Shown in pieces: positions 38,723-48,105 of a stretch of 64,000 nucleotides of DNA. How positions within the stretch are numbered: position 1 is the first letter of the stretch; each line of letters starts with the position of its first letter. The position numbers and the translations under genes were made by a program. The notes under the pieces are model-generated. The model saw only the letters and a program-made list of their open reading frames with translations, ran no database searches and had not been told where the DNA came from. Source of the stretch: an uncultured Elusimicrobia bacterium (GTDB taxonomy: Bacteria; Elusimicrobiota; Elusimicrobia; 2-01-FULL-59-12); assembly GCA_963702895.1 (NCBI GenBank), contig OY969767.1, positions 1,792,001 to 1,856,000 on the forward strand, given 5' to 3'.

Positions 38723-39874
38723 GTGATCGCCACGGAACCCTCCATCCAGGATTTTATTCTCCAAAATGAGCCGCGCCTGAGCACCCCCTACTACCTGCTG
38801 GACGAAGCACGACTGCGCCTGAATATGGAGAAGATCGCGCTGGTGCGTGAGCTCTCCGGCGCGAAATCCGTTCTGGCCCTGAAGTGCTTTTCGACTTGGG
38901 CGGCGTTCCCCCTCATGCGGCCCTACCTGGATGGCACGACCTCGAGCTCGCTCTTTGAGGCCCGCCTCGGTCATGAAAAATTCGGGAAGGAAGTCCACGC
39001 GTACAGCGTCGCCTTTCGTGAAGAGGAAGTGAAGGCGCTCCGGCCTTTTGCGACCAAGATCATTTTCAACTCCGTGTCCCAGCTGAAGCGTCTTTCCCCC
39101 CATGCCGCGGGTCTTCCCCTGGGCCTGCGGGTGAACCCCGGGGTGAGTTATTCTCATTTTGATTTGGCCGATCCCGCCCGAAAATGTTCCCGGCTAGGCG
39201 CCACGGACCCCGCGGAAATAGAAAGCGTCCTCGGCCAGATTTCGGGTGTGATGTTTCACTGCCATTGCGAAAACGATGACTTTGAAAAGTTCTGCCAGAT
39301 CCTCGAGCACATCGAGAAAACGCAGGCGCGCGTCCTCCAGAAAGTCCGCTGGGTGAGCCTCGGCGGCGGGATCTATTTTACGAAGGAAGGCTATCCGCTG
39401 GAGGCTTTTGCCCGGCGCCTGGCGGATTTCGCGAAGCGCTTCGACGTGCAAGTGTATCTCGAGCCCGGTGAAAGCGCGGTCACCCGCGCGGGGTTTCTCG
39501 TGACGCGGGTCCTCGACATCGTCCACAATGAAATGGACATCGCTATTGTGGACGCGGCCGTGGAAACCCATATGCTCGATCTTTTGATTTACAGGACGGA
39601 TGCTAAAATAGAACTTCCTGAAAATGGCCGGCATCGCTACATGATCGCCGGCCGCACGTGCCTTGCGGGAGACATCTTCGGAACATACAATTTCCCGGAA
39701 GCCCTGCGCGTGGGAAGCCTGGTCACGCTCTCAGACGCAGCCGGCTACACGATGGTGAAAAAGAACTGGTTTAACGGGGTCCCCATGCCCTCCATTGTCA
39801 TGAGGCGCTTGGATGGTCGCGCGGAGGTCGTCAAGACATTTACGTACGACGACTACCTCCGCACTTTATCCTAA
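38723..39874 (+). CDS. nspC: Carboxynorspermidine decarboxylase
   Basis: TPYYL, LALKCF, LRVNP, SRLG, LGGG, LEPGE, TCLAGD and YTMVK..FNG. Confidence 0.93.
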   Translation: MIATEPSIQDFILQNEPRLSTPYYLLDEARLRLNMEKIALVRELSGAKSVLALKCFSTWAAFPLMRPYLDGTTSSSLFEARLGHEKFGKEVHAYSVAFREEEVKALRPFATKIIFNSVSQLKRLSPHAAGLPLGLRVNPGVSYSHFDLADPARKCSRLGATDPAEIESVLGQISGVMFHCHCENDDFEKFCQILEHIEKTQARVLQKVRWVSLGGGIYFTKEGYPLEAFARRLADFAKRFDVQVYLEPGESAVTRAGFLVTRVLDIVHNEMDIAIVDAAVETHMLDLLIYRTDAKIELPENGRHRYMIAGRTCLAGDIFGTYNFPEALRVGSLVTLSDAAGYTMVKKNWFNGVPMPSIVMRRLDGRAEVVKTFTYDDYLRTLS

Positions 39875-39894
39875 GGACGGGAGACAACAGCATC

Positions 39895-41130
39895 ATGAAA
39901 AAGAACGTACTGATTGTCGGAGCAGGCGGCGTCGCGCATGTGGCGGCCCATAAATGCGCGATGCACAACGATGTCCTCGGCGACATCTGCATCGCCTCGC
40001 GCAAAATCGATAAATGCGAGGCCATCCTCGAGAGCATCAAGCGCAAAGGCAATCTCAAGCTCAAGTCCAAGAAACTTTACGCTCGCCAGGTGGACGCGAT
40101 GGATGTGCCAGCCTTGGTCCGACTGATCCAAGACACCCGTTCCGAGATCGTCATCAATCTCGGAACGGCCTACATCAACATGTCCGTCCTGGAAGCCTGT
40201 ATCAACGCGGGCGTCGCCTACCTGGACACCGCCATCCACGAGGACCCCACGAAAGTCTGCGAGGACCCGCCGTGGTACGGCAACTACGAGTGGAAGCGCC
40301 GAAGCCGCTGCAAAGCCAAAGGCATCAACGCCATCCTGGGGATTGGGTTTGATCCCGGCGTGGTGAACGCCTACGCGGCGCTTGCGGCCAAAAAATATTT
40401 CGACAAGATCGACACGATTGACATCATGGACGTGAACGCCGGTTCGCATGGGAAGTTTTTCGCGACCAACTTCGACCCCGAGATCAACTTTCGCGAGTTT
40501 AAGAAGGTCTGGACCTGGATTGACCGCAAATGGGTCAGCCGGCCTGTTCACGCGGACAAGTGGACGTGGGATTTCCCGGTGGTCGGTAAGCAGACGGTCT
40601 ACCTCACGGGGCACGACGAGCTGCATTCGCTTTCCAAGAACATCGATGCGCAAAGCATCCGGTTTTGGATGGGCTTTAGCGAGCATTACATCAGCGTCTT
40701 TAATGTCCTCAAAAACGTGGGGATGCTCTCGGAAAAGCCCGTGCGCACCGCCGAAGGCGTCGACGTGATCCCCTTGAAGGTCCTCAAAGCCGTCCTGCCG
40801 GATCCCTTGTCCCTGGCGCCCAACTATAAGGGATTTACCTGCATCGGCAATCTCACGAAGGGCAAGAAAGACGGAGAGTACAGGGAGAACTTCATTTACA
40901 ACACCTGCGACCATGCCGCCTGCTACAAGGAAGTCGAATCCCAGGCCATTTGCTACACCGCAGGCGTCCCACCCGTGGCCGCGGCGATCCTGGTCGCCAA
41001 AGGGACCTGGAACCCCAAAACGATGGTCAATGTCGAGGAGTTGGAACCCGAGCCGCTCTTGAAGTTGTTGGATGGGATGGGACTTCCGACGAAAGTGCTC
41101 GACAAGACGCCCGCCGCCCAGCCGGCTTAA
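39895..41130 (+). CDS. Carboxynorspermidine dehydrogenase (saccharopine dehydrogenase family)
   Basis: GAGGVA, YLDTA, GFDPGV, FATNFDPEINFRE and YTAGVP; adjacent to nspC. Confidence 0.92.
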   Translation: MKKNVLIVGAGGVAHVAAHKCAMHNDVLGDICIASRKIDKCEAILESIKRKGNLKLKSKKLYARQVDAMDVPALVRLIQDTRSEIVINLGTAYINMSVLEACINAGVAYLDTAIHEDPTKVCEDPPWYGNYEWKRRSRCKAKGINAILGIGFDPGVVNAYAALAAKKYFDKIDTIDIMDVNAGSHGKFFATNFDPEINFREFKKVWTWIDRKWVSRPVHADKWTWDFPVVGKQTVYLTGHDELHSLSKNIDAQSIRFWMGFSEHYISVFNVLKNVGMLSEKPVRTAEGVDVIPLKVLKAVLPDPLSLAPNYKGFTCIGNLTKGKKDGEYRENFIYNTCDHAACYKEVESQAICYTAGVPPVAAAILVAKGTWNPKTMVNVEELEPEPLLKLLDGMGLPTKVLDKTPAAQPA

Positions 41131-41132
41131 AC

Positions 41133-43253
41133 TTAAGCAGCTTTGTTGGAGGCGGCCGGAGCTGCGATTTTTTCCATCACAAAGAAGAATTTGCTGCCTT
41201 TGCCGACCTCAGACTCCACCTGGATCGTGCTGTTGTGGGCCTCCACAATTCCCTTGCTGAAGGATAGACCGATACCGAAGCCGACCGCGCGGTCTTCGGA
41301 TTTGACCTGCTCAAATTTCCCAAAGAGTTTCTGGAGCGCCTCCGGGGGGATGCCGCGTCCATTGTCCTGAACGGCGATTTCCACGCCCGCGGGCACGGCG
41401 CGGGCGATGATCTTGACCCAGCCGCCTTCCATCGTATACTTGATGGCGTTTCCGGTGATGTTTTCCACGACACGTTCCATTAAGGAGGCGTCCGCCCGGA
41501 CCCAAAGCGTCGGATCATCGCACTCCGCGGTGAGGGTAATCTTTTTGGCCAGCGCCTGGAACTTCAGGTCCCCGGCGATTTTCTTGACCATCGCCTGGAC
41601 CTGCATCGGCACGGGATGGATGGCCAGCTTCCCGGCTCTTAAGCGCGCCAGGTTCAAGATGGTCTCCACGAGGCTCAAGGCCCGCTTGGCGGACTGCTTG
41701 GCGGATCCCACGAGTGTCCCCAGCTCCGCGTTGCTTTCCGGCACCTGGATTTCTCCCAATCCCAGATAGCCGATGGTCGCCGCCAGCGGCGTCCTCAAAT
41801 CGTGCGTGATGCCGTTAAAGAAGTCTTCCTTCATCTTGTCCAGCTCTTTGTCCTGCGTGATGTCATGGACCACGATCATCACGCCGAGCGCTCGGCCGTC
41901 CTCGGTATGGACCTGTTGGGCGATCACGCGCGCCCACCGCGAACGCCCGTGGACAGGAAACTCAAATTCGGCGGATTCGCTCTGCTTGGCATGGGAAAGG
42001 ACCGGCTCCAGAAGATCGGTCCACGGAGGGTACTCTTGCAGGGACTGCCAGGCCTTCTCAAAATCCGCTTTGCCGTGCCCTGCCACATCCATGGCCCATT
42101 GCCGGGAGGGCGCATTCGAAAAGAGAAGCTGGCCCTGGGCATCGACCATGACGATACCGTCTTGAATCGTAAAGAGGAGCGCTTCCACTTTCGACTTCTC
42201 ATCGATGATCTTTTCCACCTGCATCGCGTTATAGACCTGGAGCTCCTGCGTCATCTGATTAAAGGCCTTCCCTAAGGCTCGAAACTCCTCGAGCCCAAAG
42301 TTTTCCGGCACTTTAATATGGAATTCACGCTTGGACACGTGCCCGACGCCGCTCGCCAGTTTCGTAATGGGAGAGCTGATGTGGTGCAGCCAAAAATACC
42401 CGAAGAGGCCGATGCCGAGCACGCTTACGATCACCCAAAAGTAGGCCTGCGATTTTAATTTGGCGATTTTGGCGTAGGCCTCGGCTTGAGGCTGCGCGGA
42501 GAGGATAAACCAGCCGGCGCTCTCCACCCACTGGCCGGCCCCGACCGATGGCACGCCGCTCGGATTTTCAAACTCTCCCATCCAGATCTCGCGACCTTCC
42601 AAACGCTCACGGAAGAACTTCCACGCAGGCAGGAGCGCCTGGCCCACGCGGGTGTTTTGGGAGTCTCCCGCGATGGTCCCGGCGCTATCGATGAGCCAGA
42701 TATAACCCTGCTCGCCAGCTTGCTGGTCATAAAGAATTCTCTTCAAGGATTCCCAGCGGACCGACACATACAACCATTCGCCGCTCTCCAGAGGATAGAG
42801 GACGTCAAAAAAGGACCGGCCGTCCCGCTCGTAGACCGCGCCCGTATCCGCATGGCGGTCCGTGATCACGCTGAGAAATAATTTGTTAGCAGACAGGTCC
42901 AGGGGTGAACGGAACTCACGGATTTTCGTGTCGTAGGCCTTGGCGAGCTCACGGCCCCCAGCATTGAGCAAGGCGACACAAGCAAAATCATCATTGGAGA
43001 GGAGCGCATTGTTCAAGATCGCGATCTGCTCTCCCCACTGATGGCTCCTGGCGAGCAGCGGCGCAAAGGCCAAACGCATGTTGAGCTGCTGGAAATAGCT
43101 GCTCGTGTTCAAGGACAGGGCGTTGACAATGTGACGATGGAGATCGTAGATCTGCGCTTTGGATTCGCGCGTGTATTGGATGATTTTCACGCACGTCATG
43201 GTGACGGGAACGACGACGATCGCTAGGATAATGAGAAACCATCGGCTACGCAC
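41133..43253 (-). CDS. Membrane sensor histidine kinase (Cache-like, HAMP, PAS, HisKA, HATPase)
   Basis: Two TM helices, THDLRTPL, NAIKY, DNGRG and GFGIGL. GTG start overlaps the upstream stop. Confidence 0.92.
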   Translation of the reverse strand: MRSRWFLIILAIVVVPVTMTCVKIIQYTRESKAQIYDLHRHIVNALSLNTSSYFQQLNMRLAFAPLLARSHQWGEQIAILNNALLSNDDFACVALLNAGGRELAKAYDTKIREFRSPLDLSANKLFLSVITDRHADTGAVYERDGRSFFDVLYPLESGEWLYVSVRWESLKRILYDQQAGEQGYIWLIDSAGTIAGDSQNTRVGQALLPAWKFFRERLEGREIWMGEFENPSGVPSVGAGQWVESAGWFILSAQPQAEAYAKIAKLKSQAYFWVIVSVLGIGLFGYFWLHHISSPITKLASGVGHVSKREFHIKVPENFGLEEFRALGKAFNQMTQELQVYNAMQVEKIIDEKSKVEALLFTIQDGIVMVDAQGQLLFSNAPSRQWAMDVAGHGKADFEKAWQSLQEYPPWTDLLEPVLSHAKQSESAEFEFPVHGRSRWARVIAQQVHTEDGRALGVMIVVHDITQDKELDKMKEDFFNGITHDLRTPLAATIGYLGLGEIQVPESNAELGTLVGSAKQSAKRALSLVETILNLARLRAGKLAIHPVPMQVQAMVKKIAGDLKFQALAKKITLTAECDDPTLWVRADASLMERVVENITGNAIKYTMEGGWVKIIARAVPAGVEIAVQDNGRGIPPEALQKLFGKFEQVKSEDRAVGFGIGLSFSKGIVEAHNSTIQVESEVGKGSKFFFVMEKIAAPAASNKAA

Positions 43254-43890
43254 GGCGTTTCTCCTTACGGGGGTTGAGCAGCACAATTTCAATGCGGCGG
43301 TTCAGTTCCCGGTTATCCTTCGAAATATTGGGCACCTTCGGCCGATAGGGACCATAGCCGCGGGCGGAGATCCGGGAGGGGTCGATCCCGGACTGCGTTA
43401 AAAAATGGATGACGCTAAAGGAGCGCGCCACGGAAAGCTCCCAATTGGAACGGTAGGCGGACCGGCGCCCCGGCGGGAGATCGTCCGTGTGGCCTTCCAC
43501 CACGAGCTCCCCGGGAAAGGCCCGCAATTCAGGGGCCAGTTTCTTGAGCAGCACCATGGCCTCGGGCTGCAGTTCCGCTCGGCCCGACGTGAACATGAGC
43601 CCGTCCGGCAGCTGAATATTGACGCGCTCCGCCTGGACGTCGAGCGCCGCCAATTTGTTCAGACGCTGCACCATGCCCACTTGAGCCTCTTGCGGGGCTC
43701 TGAGCTGCTGAAAGCGTCTTTCTTCCCAAGACACTTTTTTCGCCCAGAGCCGGTGCGCGAAGAGCATCAAAAAAAAGATCATGAGGATCGTCATGAAATC
43801 GCTAAAGGAGACGATCCAGATATGAGAGCTTTCGTCTTCGTGAGCTTCCAGGCTGCTGAAATCTTCCTCGGAATCGCGTACATTACTCAT
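43246..43890 (-). CDS. motB: MotB-like stator subunit 2
   Basis: WIVSFSDFMTILMIFF TM with the conserved Asp; OmpA-like EGHTD, NWELS.AR and NRRIEI. Confidence 0.9.
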   Translation of the reverse strand: MSNVRDSEEDFSSLEAHEDESSHIWIVSFSDFMTILMIFFLMLFAHRLWAKKVSWEERRFQQLRAPQEAQVGMVQRLNKLAALDVQAERVNIQLPDGLMFTSGRAELQPEAMVLLKKLAPELRAFPGELVVEGHTDDLPPGRRSAYRSNWELSVARSFSVIHFLTQSGIDPSRISARGYGPYRPKVPNISKDNRELNRRIEIVLLNPRKEKRRA

Positions 43891-44518
43891 AGCGTAAGAT
43901 GCCGATCTCGATACGGCGGTTGGCGGCCCGGTGCTCGGGCGTGTCATTGGGAAGCTTGGGGTGGAACTCACCAAAAGCGGCGACGCCGAGGCGCTCCGGG
44001 GGAATGCCTTCCGCCGCGATCAAGTACTGCACCACGGACATCGCCCGCGACAGCGACAACTCCCAGTTGGACGCATAGCGGCTCCCGGGCCGAAGGGGCG
44101 TGTTGTCCGTGTGCCCTTCCACAAGGACGGTGTAGGGAACGCGCTTAATGGCCGTGGCCACGGTATGCAGGACCAGCTGGCTCTCGGCCCGGAGCTGCCC
44201 GGCGCCTGTCTCAAAAAGGATTTCGTCAGGAAGCGCCATTTGCAGGCGGTCTTCCCGCGCGACGACCGGAGCGGTCTGGTCCGAGACCATCTTCAAGTCG
44301 CGCGTGATGTCGTCGTACCAGGGGGCGGCTTTCTTCGAATACTCCATGCGCGACCTCATGGAGGCGATCGCGTCCGGAATCGCGTCGGGCCCAAAAAAGG
44401 ACAGCGCGTAAAGACTCAGGAAGAGCAGGAAGAGGTTCGTGATGAGATCGGAATAGATGGTCAGCCAGATAAACTGGTTGCGGCGCTCCACGAAGACAGC
44501 GGAAAGCTTATCAATCAT
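43883..44518 (-). CDS. motB: MotB-like stator subunit 1
   Basis: WLTIYSDLITNLFLLF TM with the conserved Asp; EGHTD, NWELS.RA and NRRIEI. Confidence 0.9.
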   Translation of the reverse strand: MIDKLSAVFVERRNQFIWLTIYSDLITNLFLLFLSLYALSFFGPDAIPDAIASMRSRMEYSKKAAPWYDDITRDLKMVSDQTAPVVAREDRLQMALPDEILFETGAGQLRAESQLVLHTVATAIKRVPYTVLVEGHTDNTPLRPGSRYASNWELSLSRAMSVVQYLIAAEGIPPERLGVAAFGEFHPKLPNDTPEHRAANRRIEIGILRYE

Positions 44519-44577
44519 GGTTCGACTCGTTTTTCGGCTCGCTCACCATGACCCTGAGCGACACAGGAGTCGAAGGG

Positions 44578-45387
44578 TCATGCGGCCCTTCTGCCAGTGG
44601 ACGCCTGGGCGGTGCTCGGCGTGGTTTGGAGTTGCTCACGCTTGTGCGCGTCCGCAAACGTTCGCAGTTTACGCAGCGTGATGACGGGGACCTCGTTTTG
44701 CTGGATGCATTCCACGCCTTCAATAATGAGTTGCTTGAGATAGATCTCTTCCTGCGAATACACGTTGAGCTTGCCCGCGATCGGCAGGAAAAGAAAATTG
44801 GCGCTAAAGATTCCATAGAACGTCGCGGTCATCGCGACCGCCATCGCGGCGCCAATCGTTTTGGGGTCGGAGAGGGTCATCAAGACTTGGACCACCCCCA
44901 CGAGGGTCCCGAGGAGCCCAAAGATGGGCGCGTACGAGGCGGCGCTTCGGAACACATTGGACACCATCACATGGCGGTCACGGGCAAAACGGATTTCCTT
45001 GAGCAAATTACTGCGGACAATGTCCGCCGGGACGCCGTCGAGCACCATGCGCAGGCCGTCCACGAGATAGGTGATCCTGATTTGCGCTAAATCCGCCTCC
45101 AGGCTTTCCATACCCTGACGACGGGCTTTCTCGGAGAGCGCGACGATCGTCCGGATCACGAGGGTCGTGTCCGGCCTGTCTCCCGGGAAGAGAAAGATGA
45201 GGACCGCGCGCGCGGCGGGAAAAATGATGGCGCTCGGGTAGGTGAGGAGGATCGCGCCGAGCGTCCCCCCAAAAACCAGGAGGATCGCGTGCGTGTTCAG
45301 AATGAGCCCGACAGAATTCCCCTGAACCAGGACGTATCCGACGCTCCCCAGTCCAATCAGATAGCCGAGCGGCGTCATCCAATCCAT
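44578..45387 (-). CDS. motA: MotA/PomA stator subunit
   Basis: VFGGT, KARRQGMESLE, APIFGLLGTLVG, ATFYG and ANFLFLP. Confidence 0.93.
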   Translation of the reverse strand: MDWMTPLGYLIGLGSVGYVLVQGNSVGLILNTHAILLVFGGTLGAILLTYPSAIIFPAARAVLIFLFPGDRPDTTLVIRTIVALSEKARRQGMESLEADLAQIRITYLVDGLRMVLDGVPADIVRSNLLKEIRFARDRHVMVSNVFRSAASYAPIFGLLGTLVGVVQVLMTLSDPKTIGAAMAVAMTATFYGIFSANFLFLPIAGKLNVYSQEEIYLKQLIIEGVECIQQNEVPVITLRKLRTFADAHKREQLQTTPSTAQASTGRRAA

Positions 45388-46895
45388 TATTTACGCTCCG
45401 GCAAGGCGATGCGGCCGTCGACGAGGAGTCTCCGGCCGGTCTCCTGCATTTTCATTTTGGCATCCGCAATGGCCGTGCGGTCCTCCGCGGCCAAATCGAG
45501 TTCCTGCTGGAGGATTTCGCGAATCGCGACCGGGAGCCTCCTTAATATAGCTTCCCGAAAATCGGGTTTCTCGTCCCGCAAGGCCAGGGCCGTGGTCGGA
45601 TAACCGACTTCCTGGACCAAGAGCCTTAGCGCCCCCGCGCTGATGACCCCCAAGTCCTCAATAAAAAATGTCTTTCGCCGCAGGGCCTGGGCCAAGAGGG
45701 GCGACTCTTGATTAAGCGACCCTAAAAGGGTCCTTTGGGTCTGCGGCTGGGTGAGTTGATAGACCGATTGGATCCATTCCTCTCCCCCCACCAAGTAAGG
45801 GAGCTTGGACTTCACGTGTTCCTCCAGCTCCTTGACAACATCCGGCGGGACTTCGCGGGCCTGGCTGAGCTCCCGCATGATGGTGGTCTGAACAGAAGCG
45901 TCGAGCGAGCCGAGGACGCGGCTCGCCCACTCGGCAGGCAGGTAAGCCAAGATCAGGGCACACTGCGCCGGCGAGAGGCCGCGGCAAAGAATGGGGAGCT
46001 TGTTGAGCTGGTCCTCTCGAATAAACCGGAACGGGCGGGCGCCGGCCTCTTCGGGATCGAGAGAGCCATTGCCGTTGTTCCCCAAAGGGTACATTCCCCC
46101 GTTGGCGGCAGCGGCGGCGTTGGTTTTGCTTGGCGCGTTCGAAACCGTATAAGCGGCTTGCTCTCCCACGCGGGGCAGCACCGCGAGCAGCCTATTGAGA
46201 AAGGCGCGCATGGGGCCAAAGAGGAACGCGATAAAGAAGACAAACACCGCGACGAGCGCCCCGGCGATCATGAGGACGGGGGCGTTGGCCCGGTTCAAGA
46301 GGCTTCCCCAAAACGATTTCTCCCCGCCCGCGGCCTGGATTTTCCCTTCGGTGGTCGCCGGCTGCAGGAGGTTGGAGTTTTGAACCTGCATTTCGTCCCC
46401 GCGCAGAGGATTGAATGGGATGCTGGCCGTGATCACTTCGCGGATATTGCGGATCTGTTCCGCGGTCACGTCCCGGGCGACCAGAATCGAGATCGAGATT
46501 TTTTTAACGAGCGTCTCCGCGGAAAAAGCGCTCACCGTCGTTTCGCTCTGCTCTTCCGGATTGGCCACAAACTCCTTTTTTCCCGGCACGCCCGGCAGCA
46601 CGTATTGGTTTTGGCCCAAGAGGGTGTTGCCGCCCCGCCGCGCGGTGGTGGATTGGACCGAAGGACGCTCACGGTTTTCCATCTCCACTTTGACCGTCAC
46701 CAGATAACTGCTCGGCGGAAGGGTCTTGGCGAGGATCCCTTCGATCCGGTTCTGGATCTGGGTCTCAATCTGGATCTGTTCTTGTTCATACTTGGCCATG
46801 ACCCAGGCCGAAGCCGCCCCGATCAGACACAAGCTCGCCACGAACCCGAAGAGGCGCGCGCTAAGTCGTCTGGACCATGGAAGATTCATGTTCAT
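45387..46895 (-). CDS. FliF C-terminal ring domain fused via a TM helix to FliG middle and C-terminal domains
   Basis: IQNRIEGIL..VTVKVE and VKKISISILV..IREVITASIPFNPLRGD (FliF_C-like); TM; PAQCALILAYL (FliG_M-like); GG..FFIEDL..ALAL..GRI (FliG_C-like). Confidence 0.8.
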   Translation of the reverse strand: MNMNLPWSRRLSARLFGFVASLCLIGAASAWVMAKYEQEQIQIETQIQNRIEGILAKTLPPSSYLVTVKVEMENRERPSVQSTTARRGGNTLLGQNQYVLPGVPGKKEFVANPEEQSETTVSAFSAETLVKKISISILVARDVTAEQIRNIREVITASIPFNPLRGDEMQVQNSNLLQPATTEGKIQAAGGEKSFWGSLLNRANAPVLMIAGALVAVFVFFIAFLFGPMRAFLNRLLAVLPRVGEQAAYTVSNAPSKTNAAAAANGGMYPLGNNGNGSLDPEEAGARPFRFIREDQLNKLPILCRGLSPAQCALILAYLPAEWASRVLGSLDASVQTTIMRELSQAREVPPDVVKELEEHVKSKLPYLVGGEEWIQSVYQLTQPQTQRTLLGSLNQESPLLAQALRRKTFFIEDLGVISAGALRLLVQEVGYPTTALALRDEKPDFREAILRRLPVAIREILQQELDLAAEDRTAIADAKMKMQETGRRLLVDGRIALPERK

Positions 46896-46901
46896 CGTCC
46901 T

Positions 46902-48017
46902 TTAAGGTGTCCCGATCGCTCCCGGCGGCAGGACGAGCACCTGCCCCGCGTTGAGCTGATAGGGGTTCTTCAAATAGGCCCTGTTGGCGTCATAGAGTTT
47001 CCGCCAAACATTCTTGTCCTTGTAGATGCGCTGCGCGATCGACATGAGCGTGTCGCCTTTTTGGACCTTATAGGTGAGCGCCTGGGAAGGAGCGCGGTCG
47101 GCTTCTGCGGCGGTCTGGCTCATGAAGCTCTTGAGCACGTCGTTCTTCGGATCGCGCTCCAGGGCCTGCGTCCAATACTGGCGGGCCTGCTTCACTTGGC
47201 CCATCGCGTAATAGACGGAGCCCAGACGCGTCAGGGCCAAGGGATTCTCAGGCTCGAGGTCCAAGACCTCCTGGCATTCCTTCGCGGCGACGAGGTATTC
47301 TCCCGAATAGATTTTCTCGAGGGCCTTTTGCAGCTTCTGATCGATGAGGTTGAGCCTCGCGTCGAGGATCTCGGAGGACTCGTTGGGGAAGGTCCGTTTG
47401 ACCAGGTCGACGAGCTGCCCGATGACGGGGTTTTTCGTGTCTTTTTGCTGCGCGTACAAGAGGAAGTTGATCGACTTCGAGGGTTCGTTCTGCAGAAATT
47501 GTGTGACCCCCTTGATGACGAGGTCCCCGGACGCGGATTGCACTTCGCTCATCTGAGGAACGATCACCACCACCGAATCCATCTTCTGGCGGAGCTCGGT
47601 GATCGTCCGGTCGGTGGGATTGGTGCGCTCGGCTTCCCGGAACGTGTCCAAGGCCCCTTTGAAGTTGCCGGCCTGCACCGATGCAAACGCGCTCTGGAAG
47701 AGCTCCTGGGCTTTCTGGCGGGAAGCGGCGCTCACCGTCTGAACGGCCTGTTCATCCGCCAGGAGCTGGGCCCGCTCATCCTCGAGCGCCTTCGAGTCTT
47801 TCTTCCGGACCTTATGGAGTTTGATCAAGCGGTCCAAGAGCACAATGCGCTCTTGAAGGGAGATTCCCTGTTCCACCCGTTTCCTGTAATTCTCGGTTTG
47901 GATGTCGAGTTCATCTTTGGAGGCCGCTTCATCCTCGTCCCACCGCCAGGCATGCGCAGGCGGCGTGCAGGCGCTTCCCGCAAAGGACAAAAGGCAGATG
48001 AGGGTGAGCCATTTCAT
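46902..48017 (-). CDS. Exported TPR plus LysM protein
   Basis: Signal peptide, TPR repeats and YKVQKGDTL..IA..W..LY.AN..NP..GQVL. Confidence 0.9.
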   Translation of the reverse strand: MKWLTLICLLSFAGSACTPPAHAWRWDEDEAASKDELDIQTENYRKRVEQGISLQERIVLLDRLIKLHKVRKKDSKALEDERAQLLADEQAVQTVSAASRQKAQELFQSAFASVQAGNFKGALDTFREAERTNPTDRTITELRQKMDSVVVIVPQMSEVQSASGDLVIKGVTQFLQNEPSKSINFLLYAQQKDTKNPVIGQLVDLVKRTFPNESSEILDARLNLIDQKLQKALEKIYSGEYLVAAKECQEVLDLEPENPLALTRLGSVYYAMGQVKQARQYWTQALERDPKNDVLKSFMSQTAAEADRAPSQALTYKVQKGDTLMSIAQRIYKDKNVWRKLYDANRAYLKNPYQLNAGQVLVLPPGAIGTP

Positions 48018-48105
48018 CCTAGACTCCATCTTAAGTGTAAGGCGCTTTTGTAAAGCTCCTATCACATCGATGTAAAGACGTTGTAAATTTATCGGTGATT
48101 TCATA

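Noticed and set aside
43246..45387. Zorya ZorAB or ExbBD/TolQR system
   Set aside because: MotA has no long ZorA tail and keeps the FliG-contacting cytoplasmic motif; both B subunits have OmpA-like domains; a FliG-like gene is adjacent.
45735..48053. Long + strand ORF (772 aa), and similar antisense ORFs at 2269-3543, 30361-32085 and 57987-59777
   Set aside because: Shadows of well-supported opposite-strand genes in GC-rich DNA, with no motifs of their own.
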